NCBI GenBank assembly: GCA_046075565.1
Contig: JBJTQJ010000106.1
Coordinates: forward strand, 1 to 39,908
DNA from: Verrucomicrobiales bacterium
GTDB taxonomy: Bacteria > Verrucomicrobiota > Verrucomicrobiia > Verrucomicrobiales > SLCJ01
Direction: 5' to 3'
DNA: 39,908 nt
Of this stretch, positions 9,596 through 18,330 are shown one piece after another. Numbering within the stretch: position 1 is the stretch's first letter; each line of letters begins with the position of its first letter. The position numbers and the translations under genes were made by a program. Under the pieces are notes generated by a model. That model did no database searches, was not told the DNA's origin, and worked only from the letters and a program-made list of their open reading frames with translations.

Positions 9596-9828
9596 AGCCC
9601 CCAGGAGCGCAGTTCCATTTTGTCCATCGGGCGGAGCGCCTCCTCCGGCACGGAAAACCGCTCGTCGATCACCTCTCCGACTTTGGGCCGGGACACCGGC
9701 TCATCGTAGGGCACAATCTTCGCCAACGGCTTGCGTCCGCGGGTGATGATGATTGTTTCCCCTTGGCTCACCTCTTGGAGCAAGGAGGACAGATGCGTCT
9801 TCGCTTCATTGGTGGCTACCGATTTCAT
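9592..9828 (-). CDS. type II TA antitoxin, Phd/YefM family
   Basis: EAKTHLSSLL.EV..GE.IIITRGRKPLAKIVP; 4-bp overlap with vapC; start at ATG 9828. Confidence 0.9.
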   Translation of the reverse strand: MKSVATNEAKTHLSSLLQEVSQGETIIITRGRKPLAKIVPYDEPVSRPKVGEVIDERFSVPEEALRPMDKMELRSWGL

Positions 9829-9834
9829 GGGAGT

Positions 9835-9863
9835 AGGATGCCAAAAAAGGTTGACCAAGTCAA
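9835..9863 (-). promoter_or_regulatory. TA promoter with palindromic operator
   Basis: minus strand TTGACT-N17-CATCCT-N6-ATG; palindrome TTGAC-caa-GTCAA (9851-9863) overlaps the -35 box. Confidence 0.55.
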
Positions 9864-9969
9864 TCAACAATCTTGAAGTGCTGGGATAAGGGCGCCATCC
9901 TTCTCTCATCCCTCTCTCAGCTTGAATCTCCTCTTTGGCATGGCAGGGTGGGGCAGAACCAGTTCATCC

Positions 9970-11010
9970 GTGCCGAGTTTTTCCCTTTTTTCGCGAGTCG
10001 GTGCCGCCGCCTATCCGGTGGCGCGGCGGGTTTTGTTCCAGTGTGACCCGGAGGATGCCCACCATTGGACGATGGCGGCTCTGGAATTGGCCCAGCGCTC
10101 GACTCTCTGCGGCGGGGTGGAGCCACCCGGAAAGCCAGTGGACTGCATGGGCCTTCGATTCCCAAACGCGGTCGGTCTGGCGGCGGGTTTGGACAAAGAT
10201 GGCGTGGCCATCGACGCGATGGGTGCGATGGGCTTCGGATTCCTGGAAATCGGCACTCTGACCCCCAAGCCCCAGCCCGGCAATGACCTGCCCCGGCTTT
10301 TCCGTTTGGTCGCCGACGAGGGCATCATCAACCGGATGGGCTTCAACAACCGGGGCATCGAAGACGCCGTGCCCCGCGCCCGCGCGCGGCGATACCGCGG
10401 CATCCTCGGCATCAACATCGGGAAGAACAAAATCACGGCTAATGAAAACGCGCTTGATGACTATCTCGCCTGCCTGCGGGCCTGCCGTGGCGTCGCCGAT
10501 TATGTGGCGGTGAATTTTTCCTCGCCCAACACACCCGGATTACGCGAGTTGCAATCAGCCTCCGCTCTCGAAGCCTTGCTCGATCCTCTATACCGGGAAG
10601 CCCGCGATCCGGCCTGCGGAAAGCCCGTGCCGGTCGCGGTAAAAATCGCCCCCGATCTCGACGACGATCAATTGGCGGGGATGGCCCGCGTTTTTAACCA
10701 ACTGAAAGTTGACGCGGTCATTGCCACCAACACGACCATCGCCCGCGACATGGTGGCCGGTCGACCGCACGCCCAGGAAACCGGCGGGCTTTCCGGCAAA
10801 CCGGTCCGCGAGGCCAGCACCGCAATCATCCGCAAGTTGCGCGCCCTGCTCGACAAAGAAATTCCCATCATCGGCGTGGGAGGAATTCATTCCGCCGCCG
10901 ATGCGAAGGAAAAAATCCAAGCTGGCGCGAGCCTGATCCAACTTTACACCGGCTTCATTTACCGCGGTCCCGCTCTGGTGCGCGAGTGTGTGGAAGCCTT
11001 GGCCGGTTGA
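9970..11010 (+). CDS. pyrD: quinone-dependent dihydroorotate dehydrogenase (class 2)
   Basis: DPEDAH, GLAAGLDK, PQPGN.PRLFRL, INRMGFNN, NFSSPNTPGLR, GGLSG; start uncertain (GTG 9970 chosen). Confidence 0.93.
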   Translation: MPSFSLFSRVGAAAYPVARRVLFQCDPEDAHHWTMAALELAQRSTLCGGVEPPGKPVDCMGLRFPNAVGLAAGLDKDGVAIDAMGAMGFGFLEIGTLTPKPQPGNDLPRLFRLVADEGIINRMGFNNRGIEDAVPRARARRYRGILGINIGKNKITANENALDDYLACLRACRGVADYVAVNFSSPNTPGLRELQSASALEALLDPLYREARDPACGKPVPVAVKIAPDLDDDQLAGMARVFNQLKVDAVIATNTTIARDMVAGRPHAQETGGLSGKPVREASTAIIRKLRALLDKEIPIIGVGGIHSAADAKEKIQAGASLIQLYTGFIYRGPALVRECVEALAG

Positions 11011-11087
11011 ATTCGCTGGACCAATTTTATCGCCTGCGCCGCTTTATCCCGTTAGTCCCCTTTACCGTTCCCACCCATTGGTTCCCT

Positions 11088-12191
11088 ATGAGTTTACTTG
11101 TTCGCCCGATTTTCATTCTGGCAATGCTGGTCATCGGCTTTGCCCGAGCGCAGGACACTCCTTCCCAACCCGCTGCGGCGGAGGAACCCACGAAGGCCCA
11201 ACTGCAGCGTGTGCAGGAGTTTCTCCAATCGCCGCAGGCCAACCAGCGGCAGGCGGCCTACAAAGGCTGCCGGGCCCGTGGTGACGACTTTAAGTCAACG
11301 TATTTCCAGATGCTTGAGCGAGCTTATGGCTACCATGGCACCCAAGTGGCGCGGGTGATTCAGGGCGCCGTTGGTCCCAGCAGTCCGCAAGGCGAAGCGG
11401 TGGCGAACTGGCAGGAGTGGGAGAAACTGGCGAAACCAGCCGCCGAATTTGTTCTGACCGATCACGACAAAGACAAGACGAAACACGATGAGATGGATCG
11501 ACAATTTGCCGATGCCCAGAAAGCGTGGCTCCGGGTTGTCGGCGCGAAAAGAACTCCCGGCAACTCCGGCGCGGATGCGCAAGCCAAGATCGAAGGGTCA
11601 CTCGCCGCTTTGCGGGAAATCCACCGCGAAAAAGCCTATTGCCGTCCCGATGAATTCGATGCCGATGATGAATTGGATCTCTCTGACTTCGAAGAAGATC
11701 TCTCACTCGGCAGTGATGGCACCAACCATTTGCGAACCCTCGCCGCGATGAGCGAAACCTTCAAAGCGCTTGAGGATGCACATGCCCACAACGACGCGCA
11801 GAAATGGGCCAGCCCCGTGCATAAGACCTTCGCGCGTATCCTCAATGATCGCCGCGCCGCGCTTGGCCTGCAACCTTTGCGGCTTGAGGAAAAGCTGAGT
11901 GATGCCTGTGCTGGTCATTCCAAGGAGATGACCGCCATGGGTTACTTTGACCACGATTCTCCCGTGGAAAAGAACAAGACATTCGGTATGCGTGCGCAGA
12001 ACGCCGGCTTCCAAGGATCCGCCGGAGGCGAATGTATCTTCACCGGCAGCCCCGATGCCGCCGCGGCCGAACAAGCCTGGTGGTATAGCGATGGACACCG
12101 GTTGATCAACTACAGCCGCGGTTCGAATACGCTCGGCCTCGGACCCGTTGGCAGCATGTGGACACTCAATGTCGGGGATTATCCGTGGTGA
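11088..12191 (+). CDS. secreted CAP (SCP)-domain protein with an uncharacterised helical N-terminal region
   Basis: signal peptide (ARA-Q); C-terminal LN..R...GL.PL, HS.EM...GYFDH.SP, GECI, W..S.GHR. Confidence 0.8.
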   Translation: MSLLVRPIFILAMLVIGFARAQDTPSQPAAAEEPTKAQLQRVQEFLQSPQANQRQAAYKGCRARGDDFKSTYFQMLERAYGYHGTQVARVIQGAVGPSSPQGEAVANWQEWEKLAKPAAEFVLTDHDKDKTKHDEMDRQFADAQKAWLRVVGAKRTPGNSGADAQAKIEGSLAALREIHREKAYCRPDEFDADDELDLSDFEEDLSLGSDGTNHLRTLAAMSETFKALEDAHAHNDAQKWASPVHKTFARILNDRRAALGLQPLRLEEKLSDACAGHSKEMTAMGYFDHDSPVEKNKTFGMRAQNAGFQGSAGGECIFTGSPDAAAAEQAWWYSDGHRLINYSRGSNTLGLGPVGSMWTLNVGDYPW

Positions 12192-12226
12192 GGGTAGGGT
12201 AATGTTGTCTACACCACGAGAACTGC

Positions 12227-12363
12227 ATCCCGGGAACGCCGAGCCCCAGTTCGGCTGCTTTCCCCGATTTGGCGTGGGACTTGCCCGCCGCGGGCTTCGG
12301 GCCAGTCGACTTTCCATTAGCACTTCATGGGCTTGACGAGCCGGGGATCGGCATTCCCGGGAT
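12227..12363. repeat. REP doublet / miniature inverted-repeat element
   Basis: 29-bp arms at 12227-12255 and 12335-12363 are reverse complements with 5 mismatches; lies between convergent genes. Confidence 0.7.
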
Positions 12364-12380
12364 TTAGAGGACGCGTGGGC

Positions 12381-13994
12381 TCAGGCTTTTTCCCCTGGCA
12401 GTCGGATCGCCACCTCGAGTCCACGGGGCTTCGCATTCCGCAACGAGACGGAACCACCGCAAGCTTGGATACAGGAACGCACGATGGCGAGTCCGAGTCC
12501 GCTGCCCCCGGTTTCCCGCGAGCGCGAGGCGTCGGGTCGGTAGAATGGCTCGAACAACCGCGCCAACTCCTCCTCGGGCGCGCCGGGGCCTTCGTCGGTG
12601 ACGCGGATGCACCAATCATTTTTCTCACGTTCCACTTCGACATACACCGTGCCGGGACCGGCATGGCGGAGGCAGTTGCGGAAGATGTTGGCGAGCGCCC
12701 GGCGAAGGAGATCGCGGTCCGCCATGATAGTGGCATCGGCGGGACAAGTGATGGAAAGATCGGAAACGCCTTCGCGCTCCGCGACGGCACGCACGAGTGG
12801 TGCGATTTCGAGTGATGTCGCGACGATGCCCATACCGCCACTGGCCGCGCGGGTGAAGGAGAGCAACTCATTGACCAAGCCCGCCATTTCGCGCAGGTCC
12901 TCGCGCACATCATCGAGAGTTTCGGATTCCTTTTCGCCCTGGCTTTGCCGGGCGAGTTTTCCTTCGAGAATACCGATTCCCATTTCCATGCGGGCGATGG
13001 GCGAACAGAGTTCGTGCGCGACATCGCCGAGGAATCGGCGTTGCCCGTGAACCAGTTCCTTCAAGCGGGCCGACATGGCTTCAATCGAGAGGGCGAGGTC
13101 GGCCAGTTCACCCACGTTGCCCGGATTCAAGCGCACGTCGAATTCACCCTCGGCCAGTCGCGCAGTAGCGGCATCCATGGCGCGCAATCTCCGCGTGATC
13201 GAACGCACGAACGGCCACCAGACCAGTCCCGAAATCACAATTGCTCCTAACAGAATCCAGATCCATGGACGCGGGTCGGGCATCCATCCGCTGGCGGCGA
13301 GGTTTTCCGTGCGGGCAAGCAGCAATACCTCCGATGGACCCGACGGACGGCCGGGCATGGAGATCCGGACTCGGAAAGCTACCCAAAATGGACCGTTCGC
13401 CTCGCGGTGCCAGATCAAGAGGCTTGGCTGGGGAGGTGACGTGGCAGATGCTCCGGGGTCGGCCGGACGAGGCGAGGGATTCGGCGGCGCTGGGGAGCCA
13501 TCTGGCAGCAGGACCGGCCGGGAATTCGGTGGCCGGGGTGGGTTCGGCCGCGGTCGGTCGTCCGGTGGACCGGGTCGGAAGTCGCCCGGTGGCGCGTCGG
13601 GAGGTGGCGGCCTGTCGCCCGGCGGGCGTTGCCCTCGCGGCGGGGGCGGAAAACTCGCCTCGAGTCGTCGGGCGAGTTCATCCGGCCATGCTCGCGTCTG
13701 GCCTTGAAGCGGTTGTCCATCTGGACGACAGAGATGGAACTTGGTGCCAAATGACTCGCCCATCCGTTCGATCACATCGGGCCAATTTTTCGGGTCGCTG
13801 GCGCGCAACTCACCGGCCACGACTGATGCAATGCTCGTCAAGCGCGGGGTGGCACCACTGATCAGCAACGAGTCGAGGCCGGCACGCCAATGGAAAAAAA
13901 GCACGAGGGAAAAGATCAGGGCGAGGATGGCGAGGTTGAGAAAGAACCATCCCAGCACATGCCCGAAAAGGGGAAATTTCCATCGCCGGGCCAT
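12381..13994 (-). CDS. HAMP-domain sensor histidine kinase (CpxA/BaeS-like) with a Pro-rich periplasmic insert
   Basis: two TM helices, HAMP, DVAHELCSP H-box, N box, D.GPG, FEPFYR, GGSGLGL; start at ATG 13994. Confidence 0.92.
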   Translation of the reverse strand: MARRWKFPLFGHVLGWFFLNLAILALIFSLVLFFHWRAGLDSLLISGATPRLTSIASVVAGELRASDPKNWPDVIERMGESFGTKFHLCRPDGQPLQGQTRAWPDELARRLEASFPPPPRGQRPPGDRPPPPDAPPGDFRPGPPDDRPRPNPPRPPNSRPVLLPDGSPAPPNPSPRPADPGASATSPPQPSLLIWHREANGPFWVAFRVRISMPGRPSGPSEVLLLARTENLAASGWMPDPRPWIWILLGAIVISGLVWWPFVRSITRRLRAMDAATARLAEGEFDVRLNPGNVGELADLALSIEAMSARLKELVHGQRRFLGDVAHELCSPIARMEMGIGILEGKLARQSQGEKESETLDDVREDLREMAGLVNELLSFTRAASGGMGIVATSLEIAPLVRAVAEREGVSDLSITCPADATIMADRDLLRRALANIFRNCLRHAGPGTVYVEVEREKNDWCIRVTDEGPGAPEEELARLFEPFYRPDASRSRETGGSGLGLAIVRSCIQACGGSVSLRNAKPRGLEVAIRLPGEKA

Positions 13995-13995
13995 G

Positions 13996-14715
13996 TCAGG
14001 TTTCCTCCCTTCCGAAAGCATATCCGATACCGCGGATGGTGCGGATGAATCTGGGGTGACGGGCATCATCGCCGAGCTTCTTGCGCAGGGCGGCGACATG
14101 CACGTCGATGGAACGATCAAAGGCCTCCCAGTCCCGACCGGCCACCTCCTCGCACAAGCGCGTGCGGCTCAGCACACGGCCCGGTGCGCACATGAGAGCG
14201 CTGAGGATGGAAAACTCGATGCGGGTGAGCGGGAGTTTCGCGCCGTCCAGTTCGGCCCGGTAGGCCGCGCGGTCGATGACCAGTCCATCCGCTTCGATGG
14301 ATGTTTCTTCCTGATGCTCGGGGCGCGCGCGGCGACGGGTGACGGCGCGCAATCGCGCCAGCAGTTCGCGGGTGGAAAAGGTTTTCGGCAAATAATCATC
14401 AGCTCCGATTTCCAAGCCCGCTATCCGGTCGGCCTCGTCACCGCGCGCCGTGAGCATAAGCACGGGTACATCCAACGACTTCCGGATTTCCTTGAGCACA
14501 TGGAGACCATCCATACGCGGCATCATCACATCGAGGATGATCACATCATAACGCCCACGCCGTGCCTCTTCGAGACCGGAAAGACCATCGTGGCAGGCGG
14601 AAACCTGATAACCGAATGGCACGAGATAGTCCCGCACCAACCGGCAGAGACGCGTATCATCGTCGATGATGAGGACTCGGCGCGGAATGTCCGGATGCTG
14701 GGAGGCGGAGGTCAT
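13996..14715 (-). CDS. OmpR/CpxR-family response regulator
   Basis: IIDDD, LDVMMP..DG, LTARG, GADDYLPK, winged-helix DRSIDVHV..LR.KL, TIRGIGY; start at ATG 14715. Confidence 0.93.
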   Translation of the reverse strand: MTSASQHPDIPRRVLIIDDDTRLCRLVRDYLVPFGYQVSACHDGLSGLEEARRGRYDVIILDVMMPRMDGLHVLKEIRKSLDVPVLMLTARGDEADRIAGLEIGADDYLPKTFSTRELLARLRAVTRRRARPEHQEETSIEADGLVIDRAAYRAELDGAKLPLTRIEFSILSALMCAPGRVLSRTRLCEEVAGRDWEAFDRSIDVHVAALRKKLGDDARHPRFIRTIRGIGYAFGREET

Positions 14716-14780
14716 GGTGGATTGGTCCAATGCTTCCACGAGGCCAAACAAATCACAAGCGTTCACACTCGGGCATCAAC

Positions 14781-14834
14781 TTTACCAAATCTTAACGATT
14801 TTCCCCTGCCCTATTTACACCTCCCGTGCATAAT
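14781..14834 (+). promoter_or_regulatory. putative OmpR/CpxR-type direct-repeat site plus -10 box for the EF-hand gene
   Basis: TTTAC (14781), TTAAC (14792) and TTTAC (14814) in 11-bp phase; CATAAT at 14829-14834. Confidence 0.4.
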
Positions 14835-14916
14835 CGGGGTTGATTGGTTTCGAGAGGATGCACCTCTCCTCGAAATCACACCCACACCAAATCAACCCAA
14901 GAAAGGAAACGTGAAG

Positions 14917-15282
14917 ATGAAAAAGACACTAATCCTGGCCTTGCTCGCCAGCACACCCGCATTGTTCGCCCAGGACGGCCCGCCGAATGGTGGAGGTCGC
15001 TCTGGTGGTCCCGAAGGTCGCCCCGGCGGCCCCCGTATGCCCATGCCACTGATGGTCGCACTCGACACCAACAAGGATGGCGAACTCTCCGCCGAAGAAA
15101 TCGCCGCCGCTTCGGAAAGCCTAGCCAAACTCGACAAGAATAGCGACGGCAAACTCGACCGCTCGGAAATCTTCCCGCCGCCCCCGAAAGGTGATCGCCC
15201 CCGCGGCCCGCGTCCGGACGGTGAAGGTGGCCCCCGTGGCGAGCGTCCGCCGCCACCGCCGCGCGATGGTGGCGCTGAATGA
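14917..15282 (+). CDS. secreted EF-hand pair protein with Gly/Pro/Arg-rich disordered flanks
   Basis: signal peptide MKKTLILALLASTPALFA; EF loops DTNKDGELSAEE and DKNSDGKLDRSE. Confidence 0.88.
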   Translation: MKKTLILALLASTPALFAQDGPPNGGGRSGGPEGRPGGPRMPMPLMVALDTNKDGELSAEEIAAASESLAKLDKNSDGKLDRSEIFPPPPKGDRPRGPRPDGEGGPRGERPPPPPRDGGAE

Positions 15283-15313
15283 TTCGCCGCCCGCCTATCC
15301 TTGACAATTCCCT

Positions 15314-15349
15314 GCCGCCCCTCCGTCATGGAAGGGCGGCGGTTTTTTT
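15314..15349 (+). terminator. intrinsic terminator
   Basis: gccgccc-ctcc-gtcat-ggaa-gggcggc stem followed by ggTTTTTTT. Confidence 0.75.
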
Positions 15350-15434
15350 GACGATGGTCGCGCCCGCGGAAAACAGCTCCTCGAAAAATGTTACGAGGAC
15401 GGCGGGAGCGCGGGCGGGGAATTTGCCCGGGAAT

Positions 15435-16619
15435 TCAGGGATGGCGTTGACCCACCATCTCCCTGAGCGCGGAGCGTCGGAGTTTGCCGAGGGCGGTGCG
15501 GGGGATTTCGGCGATGATGATGGATTGCTCGATGCGCGCGAAGGCGGGGGCGCGGCGGTTGAAAAGATCGATCAACTCGGGCAGCCGGTCGCGGGTGTCG
15601 GGTTCACCGACGAGAATGAGTTTTGCTCCCGTGCGGGGATCGGGTTGGTCGATGATGGCCACGGTGCCGGAGGCGAGGCCCATCCCGCGGGCGAGGCCTT
15701 CGATTTCCGTCGAGGCAGCGGAGACCGAGACCAGCTCGCCCCGGATTTTGATGGCATCATCGCGACGGCCAAGCGGACGCAACCACATCCGACCACCGAT
15801 CTCCCGGATTTCCGCGTGGTCCTCGGTGGCAAACCAACCGTCATCAAGCGGCGAGGCAAGATAACGCCATTCTCCATTCACTTGGCAAACTTTGCCTACG
15901 AGCAGGCCGGGCCCGCGGGTTTCCAGTATTCCTTCCGCGGTCGCGCGAGCTTCCCATCCGTCGATCATCGGCATCCAACGGGGGCCCGGCGTGGCGAGGT
16001 CGGGGCGTTCAGTGGCGATTTGTCCGCAGGTTTCCGTCATGCCAAATGACCCCAACACCGGCCAGCCGAGCTGGCGCGATTCGGATTCGAGGTCGGTCAA
16101 GAGGTGCCCGCCCCCGACGACAGCGAATCGCAGACGGGGAGGGCAGGCCAGCCCGGCATGCACGATGTCGTGGAGTTGGGTTGGGACGAGGGAAATGACG
16201 GTCGCTTTCTCCGCGAGCAGTTGCCGGACGAAGGCCGTGGCATCCCATTTGCCGGAAGACATAACAAACCGTGCCCCGGCAAGCTTGGCTCGCAGCCACA
16301 TGCCGAAACCTCCCACATGGAGCAGTGGCAGCGGGCAGGCAAAAACGTCGTCACGACCGAGACCAAGCCAGCAGTTCACCGCATCAGCCGCAGCCAGCAA
16401 TCCCTTGGAGGAATGCACGACATGAGTCTTCCCGCCCGTGGACCCGGATGTCTGAAAAACCAGGGAAGCATCAGGCATACCGAGCTTCCCCCAGTCGGCC
16501 GGCCCTGCTGCTTTCTCCTGCTCGTCCAGAACGAGCGGATCTTCCCAGCCCCTCGCGAAGTCGAGATTTTCGAGCTTCCGCAGGAGAAGGTCCGCCGTGT
16601 CCATTGAGCCCCCGTTCAT
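15435..16619 (-). CDS. menE: AMP-binding enzyme, o-succinylbenzoate-CoA ligase (MenE)-like
   Basis: TSGSTG, LPLLHVGG, SLVPTQL, SFGMTET..QIAT, GRRDD.IK.RGE, PRTALGK; alternative start at 16604. Confidence 0.75.
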   Translation of the reverse strand: MNGGSMDTADLLLRKLENLDFARGWEDPLVLDEQEKAAGPADWGKLGMPDASLVFQTSGSTGGKTHVVHSSKGLLAAADAVNCWLGLGRDDVFACPLPLLHVGGFGMWLRAKLAGARFVMSSGKWDATAFVRQLLAEKATVISLVPTQLHDIVHAGLACPPRLRFAVVGGGHLLTDLESESRQLGWPVLGSFGMTETCGQIATERPDLATPGPRWMPMIDGWEARATAEGILETRGPGLLVGKVCQVNGEWRYLASPLDDGWFATEDHAEIREIGGRMWLRPLGRRDDAIKIRGELVSVSAASTEIEGLARGMGLASGTVAIIDQPDPRTGAKLILVGEPDTRDRLPELIDLFNRRAPAFARIEQSIIIAEIPRTALGKLRRSALREMVGQRHP

Positions 16620-16948
16620 ATCAGGATTTTACGGTGGGCGGCGGATTTCGGGAAATAAATTCGTGCGCTGGAGGTTGCCGATGCTGATTCTGGCATTGAT
16701 GCTGCTATTCGTCATGGATGGACAACCCAACCAAATCCCCCACAAAGGATGAGGCAGTTTCCAGAAAATGAGACACAAGCTCCTCAATTCGCCCAACCAA
16801 ATCGGAAAATTTGACCAGTTTTGGTTCAAATTGTTCGTTTTTCCCATTTTGGTGAAAAAATCGGTTGGACCAAGTGGAGGAATGTGTCCAAATTGATGTC
16901 AGGAACCCAGTCTTCACCGGGCTGGTCCCTAAAACCAGAGAGAACCTA

Positions 16949-17701
16949 ATGAATACCAAAACCATCATCAGCAGCATCACCGCCGGCCTCGTGCTCGGTG
17001 GCACCGCCCTGGCTGGGACCACCTCCGGCAAAGGAGTGACTCCCACCCCACCTGAAGAAAAATCGCCCCTTACGGGAGCCGTGACCCTCGGTTACGCTTC
17101 GGAATATGAATTCCGTGGCCTTGACTTGGGTGACGACCTCGTCAGCGCCGACCTCACCCTCACCTACGCTATGTCGGACAAACTGTCCCTCTATGCGGGT
17201 GCGTGGTATGCCACCCTCTGGGACGGCGACTACAATGAAATCGACCTCACCGCCGGCGCCAGCTACGACCTTGGCTTCGGAACGGGTGGTCTGCTCTACC
17301 GTCACTACCTGTATGACGGAGACATCAGCGACAACAACGAAATCGGTCTCCTCTTCTCGACCGACGCCGACCTTCTCGGTGGTGTTTCGCTGAGCCTTGG
17401 TTCGTACTACGACTTCGAATTCGACGGTTTCTACTTCGAACTCGGAGCCAGCTACAGCCGCTCGCTCACCGACATGATCGGCCTGTCCCTCAGCACCGGC
17501 GTCAGCTACGTGGTTGACTACAACGGTGTGGACGGCGACGGATTCAACCATGTCTTCGCGCAACTGGCCCTTCCGATCACCCTTCGCGAGAACGTGACCC
17601 TGTCCCCGTTCATTCGTGCCACTTGGGCCATCGAAGAACTGGAAGCCCTCGGTGCCGACGACCTCGTGCTCGGTGGTGCCAACCTGACCGTGACCTTCTG
17701 A
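16949..17701 (+). CDS. outer-membrane beta-barrel, TorF/Gcw_chp-like putative porin
   Basis: signal peptide, Y.SEY.FRG motif, GAWY, NEIDL, alternating beta pattern, C-terminal Phe. Confidence 0.8.
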   Translation: MNTKTIISSITAGLVLGGTALAGTTSGKGVTPTPPEEKSPLTGAVTLGYASEYEFRGLDLGDDLVSADLTLTYAMSDKLSLYAGAWYATLWDGDYNEIDLTAGASYDLGFGTGGLLYRHYLYDGDISDNNEIGLLFSTDADLLGGVSLSLGSYYDFEFDGFYFELGASYSRSLTDMIGLSLSTGVSYVVDYNGVDGDGFNHVFAQLALPITLRENVTLSPFIRATWAIEELEALGADDLVLGGANLTVTF

Positions 17702-17756
17702 TTCACCGCCGGAGTTCGCTCCGGCCAGAATCCGGATATCACCGGTTCATCACTCT

Positions 17757-17797
17757 ACCCCCGCCGTCGCCTTGTGCGCGGCGGGGGTTCTTTTTTG
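17757..17797 (+). terminator. intrinsic terminator
   Basis: acccccgccg...cggcgggggt stem followed by tcTTTTTT. Confidence 0.75.
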
Positions 17798-17800
17798 ATC

Positions 17801-18301
17801 ATGTCCGATTCGCCGCTCTTTATCTCACTCACCCGCGTGCTGCGCCAGCAGGGATGGGAATACCAACGTGTGGAAGGCCAGGAGGTCGCCCGCCTTGACT
17901 TCCAAACCCGCTCCGGCGCGATTCCCGTTATTGTCCAGGCTTTCGCACCTATTGGAGCATTGGGAGTCACTTCGGAGCCATCTTGGACAGCGCCGCGACC
18001 GCCCCCCATGGGGAAACTGGCCGAATTGCTGATGCGGGTGAATCTCCAACTCACCATTGGGAACTTCGAGATCGATTGGGACGAAGCCCGCATCTACTTC
18101 CGCCTAACGAATATATTACCGGAGAACACCAATCCTCCAGCTTCCATGGTCGCAGGACTTGTCCATACCGCCGTCACCGAAGCCGATCGCATGAATTACC
18201 TGCTGCGCGAATTGGCGCGTTGTCCGGATGAAGAACTCGAGCGCTTCGACATCGGGCGTTTGCTCCGGCGGGATGACGTTTTTCCGATTTCGGATGGATG
18301 A
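17801..18301 (+). CDS. YbjN / type III chaperone-like domain protein
   Basis: LAELLMRVNLQLTIGNFEIDWDE..IYFR pattern typical of the YbjN family. Confidence 0.7.
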   Translation: MSDSPLFISLTRVLRQQGWEYQRVEGQEVARLDFQTRSGAIPVIVQAFAPIGALGVTSEPSWTAPRPPPMGKLAELLMRVNLQLTIGNFEIDWDEARIYFRLTNILPENTNPPASMVAGLVHTAVTEADRMNYLLRELARCPDEELERFDIGRLLRRDDVFPISDG

Positions 18302-18330
18302 TGGCTGTTGCCTGGAAGCCGGAAAGGAAG

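Noticed and set aside
13741-14916. 513-aa ORF suggesting a large fusion ending in EF-hands
   Set aside because: Antisense shadow of the response regulator and kinase; the signal peptide starts at 14917
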